From Mobula hypostoma (taxonomy: Eukaryota): 64,000 bases of DNA. The stretch is taken from positions 116,686,001 through 116,750,000 of the forward strand of contig NC_086097.1 of assembly GCF_963921235.1 (NCBI RefSeq), read 5' to 3'. A program made the position numbers and the translations under genes. Below are positions 48,698-61,615 of this stretch, in pieces; position 1 is the stretch's first letter, and every line of letters begins with the position of its first letter. The notes below the pieces were generated by a model that was not told the origin of the DNA, made no database searches, and saw nothing but the letters and a program-made list of their open reading frames with translations.

Positions 48698-50065
48698 AGA
48701 ATAGAATAGGACTTTATTGTCGTTGCTCAAGACTATGAGATTATGGTGCTACTCTAGTGTACAGGGTCTTTCTTTTTTTTGTTAAATTTAAAATGGCTTC
48801 ATTTGTTATGTTATACTGGGGAATGCTGAGAAATTCTCTAACTAGACAGTTGTTTGGGTTATTAGAGATAGCAGGGTGCTATTAGCCAATGGGTGGTCAT
48901 GTATGGTTTTATTTTCGGATGATAATGCTGTATCATACGACAGGGGACAGGGTTTTTGGCGGGGAGTCGGAGGAGAGACGAGGAGGACGGTGGATGGGTT
49001 TTGACGGGGAGTCGGAGGAGAGACGGGGAGGACGGCGGACGTGCGGAAAGGCTCCAGTCGATCACTTCGGGTGGTCCCGAGCCGTGAGTTGACAGGATTC
49101 AGGTGGTCGTCCGGATTCGATTGAGCTCCAACGGTTGCGCGCGATGAACTTGGACTTTGATAAGTGTTGGCGCCTTTTTTTCATTACTTTCCTCTCTGTA
49201 TCAAATTTATATTAATGTCATAGAATTAGTAATATCTATAAAGTGTACTTGTTAAAATTTACTGCGTGTGCTGGCTGATGATTGATGTTTGGGATTGATT
49301 CGGGCTGCAACCGACACTCTGGGAAGCGTTGAGGCGGGTGCTGTGTGGGATTTCCCCTAGACATATACGAGCCAATATAACGGAACATTACACTAGTTTG
49401 TGCAAAACAGATATTTACAATGCATGCAGTATGGCTTAATTTAAAAATAAATCCATATTTACACGCAACAAGTGACTTCGATAGTCCATAACACTCAAAC
49501 GCAATCGTTAAGTTGGGTGTAGCATTATTCAGCTGCACAATAGCCCTCAGAAAGAAGCTGTTTTTTTTTCAATCTTACTGTCTTGGCCAAGATGTTTCTG
49601 TATCTCCTACCAGATGGCAGGAGATTGAACAGATGGCATTGGCGATGGGATGGGTCTTTAATGTCGGTATGAGCACCATGGCATCAAGAGTTTTAGATTG
49701 TCTCCAGGTCTGGTAGTTGAGTTTAAATGATGTTCTGAGCTATCCTAATCACCCATTGGAGTGCTTTGTGATCTGTCTGGCTGCAGCTAAAGTACCACAC
49801 TGTCATTCCATATGTCAGTATGCTCTCTATTGCACATCGATAGAAGTTGGCCAGCAATTTTGGGGGCAGGTTACCTTTCCTTGAACACCCAGGCAGTAGG
49901 GTTGCGGTTGTGCCTAAAATAGAGGTTGTGTTGACAAACCTAGACAGCTCTTTGGTGATGCTGATCCCCAAAATCTTGAAACTAGAGACCCCTTCCACTA
50001 CCTCACCATCTACAAATGATAGGGCTTGTTCGGGACCTCTTGTCTCCGAAATCAATTATCATTGA
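48698..50065 (-). mobile_element. Rex1/Babar-like LINE 3' fragment interrupted by a solo LTR
   Basis: ORF 49723..50055 contains LANFYRCAIESILTYGMTVWY. (CTATT)n tail at ~48698-48710. Confidence 0.8.
48758..49392 (+). mobile_element. Young solo LTR (635 bp) with perfect 4-bp TSD CTAG
   Basis: TGTA...TACA termini. CTAG at 48754-48757 and 49393-49396. CpG-rich, with CCAAT at 48886 and an internal ~45-bp direct repeat. Orientation is tentative. Confidence 0.8.
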
Positions 50066-50104
50066 ATGCTCAGGGTAGATGATCAGACATTCACTTAAAG
50101 GTTT

Positions 50105-50400
50105 AATGATTAGCTTCATTTGTCACACCTACGTTGAAATACATTGTGAAATACTCATTTGCATTAAGTCAAATGAGTGAGGATTACGCTGGAGGCAACC
50201 CACAAGTGTTGCCACGTTTCCAGAACTGCATGCCCACAACTCACTAACCCTAACCTGTACGTCTTTGAAATGCAGGAGAAAACTGTAGCACTCAGAGGAA
50301 ACCCATGTGATCATGGGCACAAGAGCCTCACAGGCAGCGGCTGGAATTCAACCACAATGATGATCGTTAGAGCTATAACAGCATTAAGCTAACTCTCATG
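50105..50400 (-). mobile_element. V-domain SINE
   Basis: Reverse complement contains GGGTTTCCTCTGAGTGCTACAGTTTTCTCCTGCA. Confidence 0.55.
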
Positions 50401-50817
50401 CTGCCCTTGTTAGAGATAGTCATTGCTTGGGAATTTTGTAACACAACTGTTGGATGCCAGTTATGAGCCCATGTTTGAGTGATGTCTGGACTGTGCAGGC
50501 ATGGTTTGATTTTTTCAGAGATATTGAATTTCAATCGCCATGAAATATCCACATTTCTGACCTTGTTACGTACAGAATGCCAAGTAAGAAGCATCTGAGG
50601 ATGCTTTGGCCGAGGAGAATGCCCTAACAAGTCCCGCTGTGATGTCCTGAGTCTGGGATGATTGGCGTAGAAAATGTGAGAATGGTGTCAGTTCATGCAT
50701 GGCATCCTGTTTGAATTCATTCAACTGTATTCAGCTGGTCTCTTGTTTATGTGCAACTTACAGTACACTGGTAGGGTGGCAAATTAATTTCTGTAAAGTT
50801 TGTTACTGGAGCAAAAA

Positions 50818-51065
50818 TGGTGGTAGAGTGGGTTAGCGATTAGCATTTCACTTTACAGCGTGACCTTAATTTGGGGTTTGATTCCCGCCGCTGTCTATAA
50901 GGAGTTTGTACGTTCTCCTCATGACAGTGTGGGCTTCCTCTAGGTGCCCCGATTTCCTCCCACATCCCAAAAACCTAAGGGGTAGGGTAAGTGAGGCCAA
51001 TTCTTGCTGATTTGATTTGACACATTTTCCTATACATTTAAATGTAGATGTGATAAATAAAATAT
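50818..51065 (+). mobile_element. tRNA-derived V-domain SINE (HE1-like)
   Basis: B-box-like GGTTTGATTCCC and V core GGGCTTCCTCTAGGTGCCCCGATTTCCTCCCACA. Confidence 0.65.
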
Positions 51066-52011
51066 ATTAATCTTTAATTTCTCCTCAAGAGCATTTTGTA
51101 GTTCAGGTTTTAGACAAAATTTAGTTGTGTATTGTATAAAACATTTCTAGCTTGTTATTCCTTTTATACTGAAAATGCTATTATAATCCTAAATATTATA
51201 TCAACATTTTAGTATAAAATCCAGCCTGTTTGAATATTTACACTAATTGACCATCCTTCCTCTGGCACCAGATGAAAAGCCTCAACCTCATGTGTCAAAT
51301 GTCCATTTCCCTCTGCAGATGCTGCCTGGCCCATTGCGTTCCTCCTGTGCTTCAGATTCCAGCTTCTGTAGTCTTTTGCTTCTCCTTTGCCACTAATCCA
51401 TTTCCCTAAATATTGTGATTTTGAATCTAGTTTTTGAAAGCACCTGTGAATTCATTTCATCTAGACATGGCACCTTGTTCTTACATTGCCAAGTTTCTGC
51501 ATTACTTCTTCAGTGTCTTAATTTTCTTTTCCTATTTGTGGGAAAGTATTTTTTGATTCACCCAATTGGAATTATACTTTCCTTAACATTCTCTGCAATA
51601 CCAAGTTTGTTCAATATCCCTGGCATTTCTGTGCAGAGAGTGAATCTCACAATCACCAAACCCAGAGAGAAGGATCTTCTGGTCCATTTACTCTGTCCCT
51701 GAAAAACGTGAGCCCTTGTGTATACCTCTTTGAGAGGCAAAAAAAAAACAAAGGTATAAAATGGAAAGAAACTTTGTGTAAAATTGTTGAATATTCCTTT
51801 CCATACAGATAATACTGCCCCTGAATATCCTAAATCACCTTTTCCCATCCTAACCAAAAACAGGTTGAGCTTTCTATTAAAGGGATTCAGTGCATTAAAT
51901 ATGAAGTGGCAGACATATTCAACATAATTTACTTTCTGGAAAAATAACCATCTTCTGATATTTACCCCAGATCTGGTTTTACATAAAATTTAATTGTGAG
52001 TTGAATTAGAG

Positions 52012-52247
52012 CATAAGACATAGCGACAGAATTAGGCCATTCGGCCTATTGCGTCTGCTCCACCATTCCATCACCGCTGACTATTATCCCTCTCCACACC
52101 ATCCTGCTGCCTCCTCCTCAGAGCTTTTGATGCTTTTACTAATCACGAATCCATGAAACTCCTCTTTAAATATTACCCAATGACTTGGCCACCACAGCCA
52201 TCTGTGGCAGTGAATTCCACAGATTCACCACCCTCTGGCTAAAGAAT
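52012..52247 (-). mobile_element. CR1 3' end fragment
   Basis: CATAAGACATAG tail. Matches 1759-1930. Confidence 0.75.
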
Positions 52248-52384
52248 AGTGAGCCATATCCCTGTGATTTGGAACAGACAATCATTTCAAAAAACATGAA
52301 CAACTGTTGGATTTGCCACAACCTTTATGCTTCTGTGTTGCAATGTCCCAACACTTCTAGATAATCTCCATAATGAGAAAACAT

Positions 52385-54428
52385 TAATTTTTGAATGGAA
52401 GAAGGACACTACCATGGCAGACAAGTGAAGTCAGAGCCAAAGTAAAAGCAAAAGAGAAGGCATACAAGAAAGTCAAAGCTAGTGGGAAGATAGAGGATTC
52501 TGAAGCTTTTAAAAACTTGCAGAAAGAAACTAAGAAGGTCATTAGGAAGGAAAAGATGAACCATGAAAAGAAGCTGACGACTAATATCAAAGAAGATACT
52601 AAAAGCTTTTTTAAACAAAGAATGGGTAAAAGAGAGTTGAGGACCAATAGAAAATGACGCTGGAGATATTGTAATGAGAGACACAGAGGTGGCAAAGGAA
52701 CTGACTGTGTATTTTGCATCAGTCTTCACAGTGGAAGACATCTGCAGTATAACCAGACATTCAAGAGTGTCAGGGAAGTGAAGTATGTTCAGTGAAAATT
52801 ACGATTGAGAAGGTGCTCAGGAAGCTTAATGGTCTGAGGATGGGTAAATCTCCTGGAACTGATGGAATGCATCCCTGGGTTCTGAAGGAAGTAGCTGGAG
52901 AGATTGTGGAGGCATTAACAATGATCTTTTAACAATCAATAGATTCTGGCATTGTACTGGATGACTGGAAAATCGCAAATGTTTCTCCACTATTTAAGAA
53001 AGGTGGGAGGCAGCAGAAAGGAAACTATAGACCTGTTAGCTTGACATCAGTGGTTGGGAAGTTGTTGGAATCGATCATTAGGGATGAGATTATGGAGTTC
53101 CTGGAGGCACATGACAAGGTAGGCCAAAGCCGGCGTGGTTTCCTGAAAGAAAAATCCTGCCTGGCTAACCTACTGCAATTTTTTGAGGAAATTGCAAGCA
53201 GGGTGGATAAAGGAGATGCAGTAGATGTGGTGTACTTGGATTTTCAGAAGGCCTTTGACAAGGTGCCGCACATGAGGCTGCTTAGCAAGATAAGAGCTCA
53301 TGGAATTACAGGGAAGTTGCTAGCGTGTGTGGAGCATTGGCTGATTCGCAGAAAACAGAAAGTGGGAATAAATGGATCCCATTCTAGCTGGCTGCCGGTT
53401 ACCAGTGGAGTTCCACAGGGGTCTGTGTTGGGACAGCTGTCTTTTATGATGTATGTCAATGATCTGGACTACGGGATTAATGGATTTGTGGCTAAATATG
53501 CTGGTGATACAAAGATAGGTGGAGGAGCAGATAGTGTTGAGGAAACAGAGAGTCTGCAGAGAGACTTAGATAGTTTAGGGGAATGGGTAAAGAGTGGCAA
53601 ATGAAATAAAATGTTGGAAAGTGTATGGTCATGCATTTTAGTGGAAGAAATAAATTGGCAGACTATTATTTAGATGGGGAGAGAATTCAAAATACAGAGA
53701 TGCAAAGGGACTTGGGAATCCTTGTGCAGGATACCCTAAAGGTTAACCTCCAGGTTGAGTCAGTGGTGAAGAAGGCAAATGCAATGTTGGCATTCATTTA
53801 TAGAGGTATAGAATATAAGAGCAGGGATGTGATGTTGAGGCTTTATAAGGACTCGTGAGACCACACTTGGAGTATTGTGTGCAGTTTTGGGCTCCTTATT
53901 TTAAAAAGGATTTAGTGACATTGGAGAGGGTTCAGAGAAGATTCACGAGAATAATCCCAGGAATGAAAGGATTACCATATGAGGAACGTCTGGCAGTTCT
54001 TGGGTTGTATTCCCTGGAGTTCAGAGAATGAGGGGGGGATCTCATAGACACCTTCCGGATGTCAAAAGGCCTGAACAGGTTAGATGTGCAAAGTTATTTC
54101 CTGTGGTAGGGGAGTCTAGGACAAGAGGGCATGACTTCAGAATTGAAGGACGTCCATTTAGAACAGGTGCGGAGAAATTACTTCAGTCAGAGGGTGGTAA
54201 ATCTGTGGAATTTGTTGCCACTAGCGGCAGTGGAGGCTAAGTCATTGGGTGCATTTAAGACAGAGATAGATAGGTTCTTGATTAGCCAGGGCATCAAAAG
54301 ATATGGGGTGAAAGCAGGGGAGTGGGGATGACTGGAAGAATTGGATCAGCCCATGATTGAATGGTGGAGCAGACTCTATGGACGGAATAACTTACTTCTG
54401 CTCCTATATCTTATGGCCTTATGGTCTT
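52385..54428 (+). mobile_element. 5'-truncated CR1-clade LINE (RT remnant to 3' tail)
   Basis: ORF 53041..53604 contains DFQKAFDKVPH and SGVPQGSVLG. Tail TCTTATGGCCTTATGGTCTTA. Confidence 0.9.
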
Positions 54429-54554
54429 AAATTGAGTGTAGTTGGTCCTCTCAGCACCTATATCATCCGAGTGAGGAGAGTAAAACTGGGTACAATAACC
54501 AAAATGAGGTCTAAGCAATGTCTTGTACAAAAAACAAATACTAAGCATTTTCTA

Positions 54555-54803
54555 ATTACAAGAGGTTCTGCAGATGCTGGAAGTTGAGAGTAAGCCACCC
54601 AAATGCTGGAAGAACTCAGCAGGTTATGCAGTATCTATGGCAAGGATGCTGAATGAGTCATATGGAGGCTCAGTCTATGGAGAATGTCTTTGGATATTCA
54701 GGTACATTGTTATCTATGTGGAAAAGTATCGAAAGGTCAGCTCTTTATTCCTCTCGCTCAATGCAGCCTGACCTGCTGAGTTCTTCCAGCATTTTGTGTG
54801 TGT
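54555..54803. mobile_element. Two Penelope-like terminal-repeat fragments in opposite orientation
   Basis: AAATGCTGGAAGAACTCAGCAGG (~54601) and CCTGCTGAGTTCTTCCAGCATTTT (~54772) are reverse complements. Confidence 0.55.
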
Positions 54804-55319
54804 TACCAAGCAGTTCCGAATAATCAGTTTCCCAATGAAAGCATATTTTGCCAAGGTTCCATTCCTGTGAACTCTTTGTAACTTGAACAGATTTTGCAAG
54901 TTGGAATTGTAGCTGTGAACCAAGTTCCCAGATGGAAGAAGATGCGTGAAGAAACATGACTATTTCTCTTACTCAATAACAAATACCCATCTGACATTCC
55001 CAAAGCTATCCCCCTGGCATGAAGGAGAATAGTGTAAGCAAATAATTGTTAGGGACAACACAACCAAAAATTAAGGGATCCAAATTCGGACAGAATCGTA
55101 ACAAAGGATCTTCATCCAGTCCATTATCTGAACGACAACACTGCCTATAATGTTTAAGTTAAAACTGTGACGAACACCATCCCTAGCTCTGAGTCTGAGT
55201 CTCCAGAACAGGTTTAGTTATTTATTTTGATTTATTTCCACCTATTGTGTAATAGTTAGACATCTAATTCCACACCCCTTACTTACCTTTATATTCAAGG
55301 AGGTATGATGGATCCCAGA

Positions 55320-55590
55320 TGAAGGATTCTAGTTTAAGGGGAATAGAAAGAGAAACTGCTGCACTCAGAGGGCCGTGACAGTGTGGAAAGAACTGCCAGT
55401 GCAAATTGTGCAAGCAGGCTTGATTTCAATATTTAAGAGAAGTCTGGATAGGTCCATGGATGCTTGGGGTATGGAGGGCTATGGTCCTGGTGCAGGTCAT
55501 TGGGACTAGGCAGTTTAGATGGTTCAACATGGATTGGATGTGTCAAAAGGCCTGTTTCTATGCTATACTTCTCAGTGATTCTATGACTGT
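55320..55590 (+). mobile_element. CR1 3' end fragment
   Basis: Degraded match to the CR1 terminal region, ending in TTCTATGACT. Confidence 0.6.
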
Positions 55591-56084
55591 ATGAAATTGG
55601 TTTGGACAGTTGCCATGTGCAATAATTAGTAAAGCTGACCAACTTCACTCCTGTGCAGATACATTTTTTTTGGCAAGATAATTTAATGGACATGGGACAA
55701 AACTTATTTTTCCACTTGAATAATGTTTCATTTACCACTGGGAATGGAACAAACATTGTACTGAAACATGGAACATTACCACAGCATTTCTTTAATTTGT
55801 TTTTAAAAATTATGAATATTTGTAGAATTAATGAACAGGTAGTGGCACAGTATAGAAATGAACCCTTATCCTTACATCTGAACATACATTACTATCTCTT
55901 CAAATTGATAGGAATCAGAATCAGGTTTAATTTCAGTAGCATATGTCACACAATTTGTTGTCTTGAGGCAGCAGTACAGTGAAATATATGAACAGTAAAA
56001 TAGAGGACAGAATCTATTTAATTAGCTTGCCATTATCTCCAAAACCTTTATAACACCACCTTTTGATTTGCTGCCTGGTAGAAT

Positions 56085-56970
56085 CAAAGGTGGTGACAGA
56101 TCAACATACAGGAGGGAGATTGAAAATCTGGCTGAGTGGTGCAACAGGAACAACCTTTCTCTCAATGTCAACATGACCAAGGAACTGATTATTCACTTCA
56201 AGAGGAGGAAACTGGAGTTCCATAAACAACTTCTCATCAGGTGATCAGAGGGGGAGAGGGTCAGCAACTTTATATTCCTCAGTGTTTGTTTCGGAGGACC
56301 TATCCCTGGTCCAGCACTTAAGTGTCATTAGGAAGAAAGCACGACAGTACTTCTACTTTCTTAGAATTTTGCAAAGATTTGGCATGTCATCTAAAAGTCT
56401 GAAGCAGTTCTATAGATGTGTGGTAGAGAATATATTGACTGGTTGCATCACTGCCTGGTATGGAAATACCAAATGCCTTTGTACAGAAAAACCTACAAAA
56501 AGTAGCAGATATGGTGCAGATTATCATGGTTAAAGTGCTCCCTGCTGTTGAGCACATCTATAAGGAGCATGGTTGCAGGAAAGCAGTGTCCATCATCCGG
56601 GTCATGCTCTCTTCTCACTACTGCCATCAAGAAGAAAGTACAGGAGTCTCAGGACCCACACCAGCAAGTTCAGGAAAAGTTATTACCCTTCAACCATCAG
56701 GATCTTGAATCAGAAGGAATAACTTCACTCAACTTCATTCACCCACTTTCAAGGACTCTTCATCGCATGTTCTCGATATATATTGCTTATTTATTATGAT
56801 TATGATTATGATTATTTTCTTTTCCTCTTTGCATTTGCACAGTTTGTTTTTTTTTGCACATTGATGGTTTCTCCATCATTGATACTATTGTGTTTCTTGT
56901 ATTTACTGTGAATGCCCACAAGAAAATGAATCTTTGAGTTGTACAAGATGATATATATGTACTTTGATAA
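56085..56970 (+). mobile_element. Rex1/Babar-like LINE 3' fragment
   Basis: ORF 56282..56533 contains FYRCVVENILTGCITAWYG. Confidence 0.8.
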
Positions 56971-57379
56971 CACTGGACAGCAATTTTGTTCAAAATTGTT
57001 GCTTTCTCAGATATATTTTCACCTGAAGAGCAGACTATCTGTTGGATGGAAGTGACCAACAACCCTGATAGAGGCAGATGCCAAGTTTTTAAGCTCACCA
57101 GTGGGAGGTGGTGCTTTAGCACTGCTGGCCCACCACCTCAAGGGAGTCTTGATCATAGGCGGGCCGAAACTCCTGAAGACAGGTGGCCGATCAACTGATG
57201 ATCCCACTGGTGATAGCACAGGACAGTTAACATCTTAGTCCACATGTATTTTTTTAACTGTACTTAGGAAGTTGAACACAAGTATAATTTCAGACTACTT
57301 GGAATTTGGAGAAACAAGAAATTAATTTCTATTAATTATAATGCATTTGAATGTATTGGCTTTGCAATAGTTCAACTAA

Positions 57380-57830
57380 GCTTAGAATGTTTTGCTGATG
57401 ATTTTCGTTTGTATTAGTGTCTCAGGATTCTTGCTAAAGGATCCAACAATAATCAGCCAGCATTGGTAGATTCCAGTTGCCCTGATACTATTTCTCCATG
57501 ACCGCAATGTCCTGGTAAAACCTTTCACCATGCTCGTTACTGACAGCATCAAGATTTGCAGGGAAGAAATCTAAATGGGAATGCAGAAAATGAATCTTTA
57601 GTGACCTGTTGCACTCTGTGGTTTTGTATGCTTGAAGCATGTTGTCAACCAGCTGCACGTAGTTTGGTGCTCTGTAGTTGCCAGGAAAATTTTCAACAAC
57701 ATCCTTGAATGCCTTCCATACAATTTTCTATGGTCCCACTAGAGGTTCCTTGAATTATCTGTCCTTGATGAGAAATTTGATTTGTGAACCAACAAAAATG
57801 CTTCCTTAATCTTGGCATCAGTTATTCTGA
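57380..57830 (-). pseudogene. DNA transposase C-terminal fossil, Chapaev3-like (CMC group)
   Basis: Manual translation of the minus strand gives RITDAKIKE/IFVGSQIK...WKAFKDVVENFPGNYRAPNYVQLVDNMLQAYK...SLKIHFLHSHLDFFPANLDAVSNEHGERFYQDIAVMEK*YQGNWNLPMLADYCW. Confidence 0.75.
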
Positions 57831-58644
57831 CTAGAATTGTGAATTGAAATCAGAACTAAAGGCAATTTCAAAACAATGGTGCTTGATAGGAAACTTCATG
57901 GTGATTTTCATGATTAGCAGCCCAATATCCATAAGATACACCCAAATGTATTCAGGAAACAAAATCTTTGTTGTCCAGTGTAATAACTTAACATTGAACA
58001 TTGGACTACTTTTTGAAGCTTGGTTAGCATTGTTATTCTGCAGCCTGTCTGCACAAAGTAGGTGTTCACAAACACTAAATAACTGTGTAATTGCATTCTT
58101 TTTTTGGCTGACCAGAACATGGAGAAAATTTTGTACAGCTTCGATGTAGCCAGTTCCATGCTGGGTCCTCACTGCATTGTCAATTGGGGTATTTTGGAGA
58201 CTTATCAAATACTGGATTTTTTTAAAAAAATTAGTATTAAGATAAAATGATGCTGCAGACTGGATTCTTCTAAAATAAAACTAGCAGCTGTAAAATTGCA
58301 GTTCATTGCAGGTTATAAACCATATATTGTCAGGGATATTATATAAGTGGATCAACACACTAGTGTAAGATGTTTATCACAGGCTGGAAAAGCTAGTGTT
58401 AAATCACTTCCTCCAGTCTTATTTGACTATTGACCTCTGGGAATGTAAAAATGTTTTGATAATTCAATATATTGCCTCCAACATTATTACCAAAAAGGCT
58501 ATTAATCTTGCCAACTCTTTACTAGCCAAAGTTTTTCTGAGATTTCACCCTGGATGAGTCAGAAAATCTGTGCTGCTGTATGAAGAGAACGCTCATTACT
58601 TTGGGACAAATATTTACCAGTGTTTGCCAAGTACGATCTCTGGG

Positions 58645-58920
58645 ATAAGACCGTAAGACCATAAGATAGCAGAAGTAGACCATTTGGCCCATCAGTCTTC
58701 TCCCCCATTCAATCATGGGCTGATCCAATTCTTCCAGTCATCCCCACCCCCCTGCCTTCTCCCCATACCCTTTGATGCCCTGGCCAATCAAGAACCAATC
58801 TACCTCTGCCTTAAATGCAACCAATGACCTGACCTCCTGAGACACTGGTGGCAACAAATTCCACAGATTTACCACCCTCCAACTAAAGTAATTTCTTTGT
58901 ATCTCGGTTCTAAATGGACG
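58645..58920 (-). mobile_element. CR1 3' end fragment
   Basis: ORF 58738..58938 contains RNYFSWRVVNLWNLLP. Near-reciprocal match to 54150-54428. Confidence 0.8.
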
Positions 58921-59184
58921 AAATGGATACGAGAACACTATTATTCATCTCACTTGGGAGAATGCAGGTAGGTATATAATCAGAATCAGAATCAGGTTAA
59001 ATATTACCAGCACATGTTGTGAAATATGTTGCCTTTGCGGCAGCAGTAGAAAATGCAATACATAAGAACAGATTAAATAAACTGTGATAACTGTGTAAAT
59101 AACTGCAATAAAAATTAGTTGAGTTGACAATTTAATATAATATTTTAACTGTGTTGATATTTTTAATTCGCTGAAAGTGGTCAT

Positions 59185-60000
59185 GAGTCAGCATACAGGA
59201 GTAAGACAGGTTCAGTTGTTCCAGTGGTTTGACTGCAACCAGTTCTTGTACAATGTCAGTAAAACTAAAGAGCTGATTGTTCCTTCAGGAATGGGAAGGA
59301 GAGAAATGTGTGCTAAACTATATTGTTGAATTGTCAGTGGAGAGAGCCAGCAGCTGCAAACCTCTGGGTGTTAACATATTACATGACCTGTCCTGGGCCC
59401 AGAACATGGAAGCAATCACAAGGAAGGCGTACCAGTATCTTTACTTTCTTTGGAGGTTAAAGAGATTAAGTTTGTCACCAAACACTCTTGACAAACTTCT
59501 ACAGAGGTATTGCTGAAGGCAGTCTGATGGTTGCATCATGTTCTGGTACAGCAATTTAAATGCACAAGAATGTAAGAAATAGCAGAAAGTAGCCCAACGT
59601 AGAAGACAATATCTACCATCAGAGACTCCCAACACCGTGCCATGCCATCTTCTTGCAGCTGCCATTGGACAGGAGGTACAGAAGCCTGAAGTCCCACATC
59701 ACCCGGTTCAAGAACAGCTACTTTCCTTCAAGCGATTGTTTTGATCTCATTGGCACAACCCTAAACACTGCAGTTTAGTAATGCAATGAAAACTTTGTTC
59801 ACTTTGCCCTAAACTGACTTTATTATTCTTGTGTTCTTGTAAATATTGTGTAAAACTTGATGGTCCAAATGGCTTAATTCTGTTGTTATGTCCTGTGTCT
59901 TCTATGCCATTGATGCTATGTATCTTTGACTGCAAGTAGGCTTTTCATTGTACCTGTGCATACATGCACTTGTGCATATGACAATAAATTTTAGTTTGAT
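59185..60000 (+). mobile_element. Degraded Rex1/Babar-like 3' fragment
   Basis: Contains DLSWAQNMEAITRKAYQYLYFLWRLKR. Confidence 0.65.
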
Positions 60001-60929
60001 TGAAGTTTTTTATAATAGTTTGTTTACTTATTACTATTTTGATTGAATCTGAATCTTAGACAACCAGAAAGGTTCTAATGAATTTGAAGGTTGTTGACAT
60101 CTGAGTAAGCCATTTCAGAGTATTTCTGATATTGAGGATTTTTTATCTACATATTGGAATTAATGTCCAGAATCATTTGTGAGAAAGGGGATGGCTTCTG
60201 CTAGGAACCTTTGCTGAGAAATATGAACAAGGTCAGAATCAATTTGGTAATGAGACAATGGCAAGAATGGACCACTGCCAGGAAATTCCGAGCAATGTTC
60301 CATTATCCAATCAATCAGTAAAAATTAGCATTCTGTAGGCTTCCTTGCTAAACTAAAGCAATTGGACACACCAGTAATACAACAGTGCTGCAGTTCTTCT
60401 AGAGTACGTTCCCATAAAACTTCAACTAGGAGATAAATCCTGAGTCAACCTATACCAGGGCAATTCTAGCTGCGAAGGGTGAAAAGTCCAAAGGAACAGG
60501 AAGTACAATCATCTTTCAGCCCCATCAAAACAAATTGGATAGAGCAAGGGCAGCAGCGGGGTTGCTTGACATATCTCCAATTTTGAGTCCTTATTAACAT
60601 GACCCCGAGATTTGTCAGGGTGTGAAAAGGTGACGGAGGAGGGATGGGAGTAATCTAGAGTACATTGGTTGAACCTAGCAAAATGATCCTGGTCCTTATG
60701 AAAACAGAATAAAAACAAAGAGATAAGATTAGCTTGATATCAATAAAATATTAAGCTAATATTGCAGGGAATTTGTTATAAACCTGGGAGGTTTTCATTT
60801 TTTTCTCTCTGCATAATACATTAGTGAAAAAGGTTCCTGACCTTTTCTGGAAAAGAAGACAGGTTTTACAAAAGATGACTTTTATTTACTTATATAGAAA
60901 TACAGCCTAATGTTGATAGTTATTGTGAT

Positions 60930-61615
60930 AGATGTAAAACTGAGACAGCTACACTGACACACATGTTTGGGTCTTGTTCTATACTGGAACAGTTCTGGAA
61001 GTCAGTTTTTCGATAAATTCCAAAGCACTTAAAATTAATTTACAACCTAACAAATTAACTGTGCTTTTTGGAATAATTCCTCAAAATATCCCTGGTATCT
61101 CTGTGTTTGACCAACATGTTATTGCATTTGTTACATTGATAGCTAGGAGGGCCATTTTGTTAAAGTGGAAGGATACATCAGCTCCCACTTTGTCACAATG
61201 GTTCTCTCCAGTGATGCTATGTCTTTGCTGAGAGAAAATTTGAAGTTGAACCTTTGAACTTTTATTTGATTTTGAGAAAATATGGGGTTCATTTGTTCAT
61301 TATTATCATTTGAGTTAATTGATAGATTTCCTCCAAGATCTTATTGTAAATTTTTGGGTTTTTTTGCTGACGGTTTGATGTTTATCTTTAGAAGCTTTTT
61401 GTATGATGCATGGCTCCAGGGTTGTACACCTAATAGCCTTTTTTTTCACTTTTTCTGCTTAGTAGGGTTTTTTTCTTAAATTATCACCAAAAATTTTCAG
61501 TCTTTAAAATAATCATTTTTTTTCCCTTGAAACATTGTAAGTGTTGCTTACTTCAATGTACTCACGTTATTTTTGAATAATATAATAATAATAAAAAGAT
61601 TTGAAAAGAAAGAAA
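60930..61615 (+). mobile_element. Degraded L1 3' fragment (ORF2 C-terminus, 3' UTR, A-rich tail)
   Basis: THMFGSC-like zinc-knuckle remnant, IAFVTLIARRAILLKWK, and tail AATAATAATAAAAAG...AAAGAAAGAAA. Confidence 0.7.

Noticed and set aside
55433..58208. Several 100-150 aa ORFs in AT-rich DNA
   Set aside because: Non-ATG starts, composition typical of random AT-rich sequence, and partial overlap with repeat fragments.
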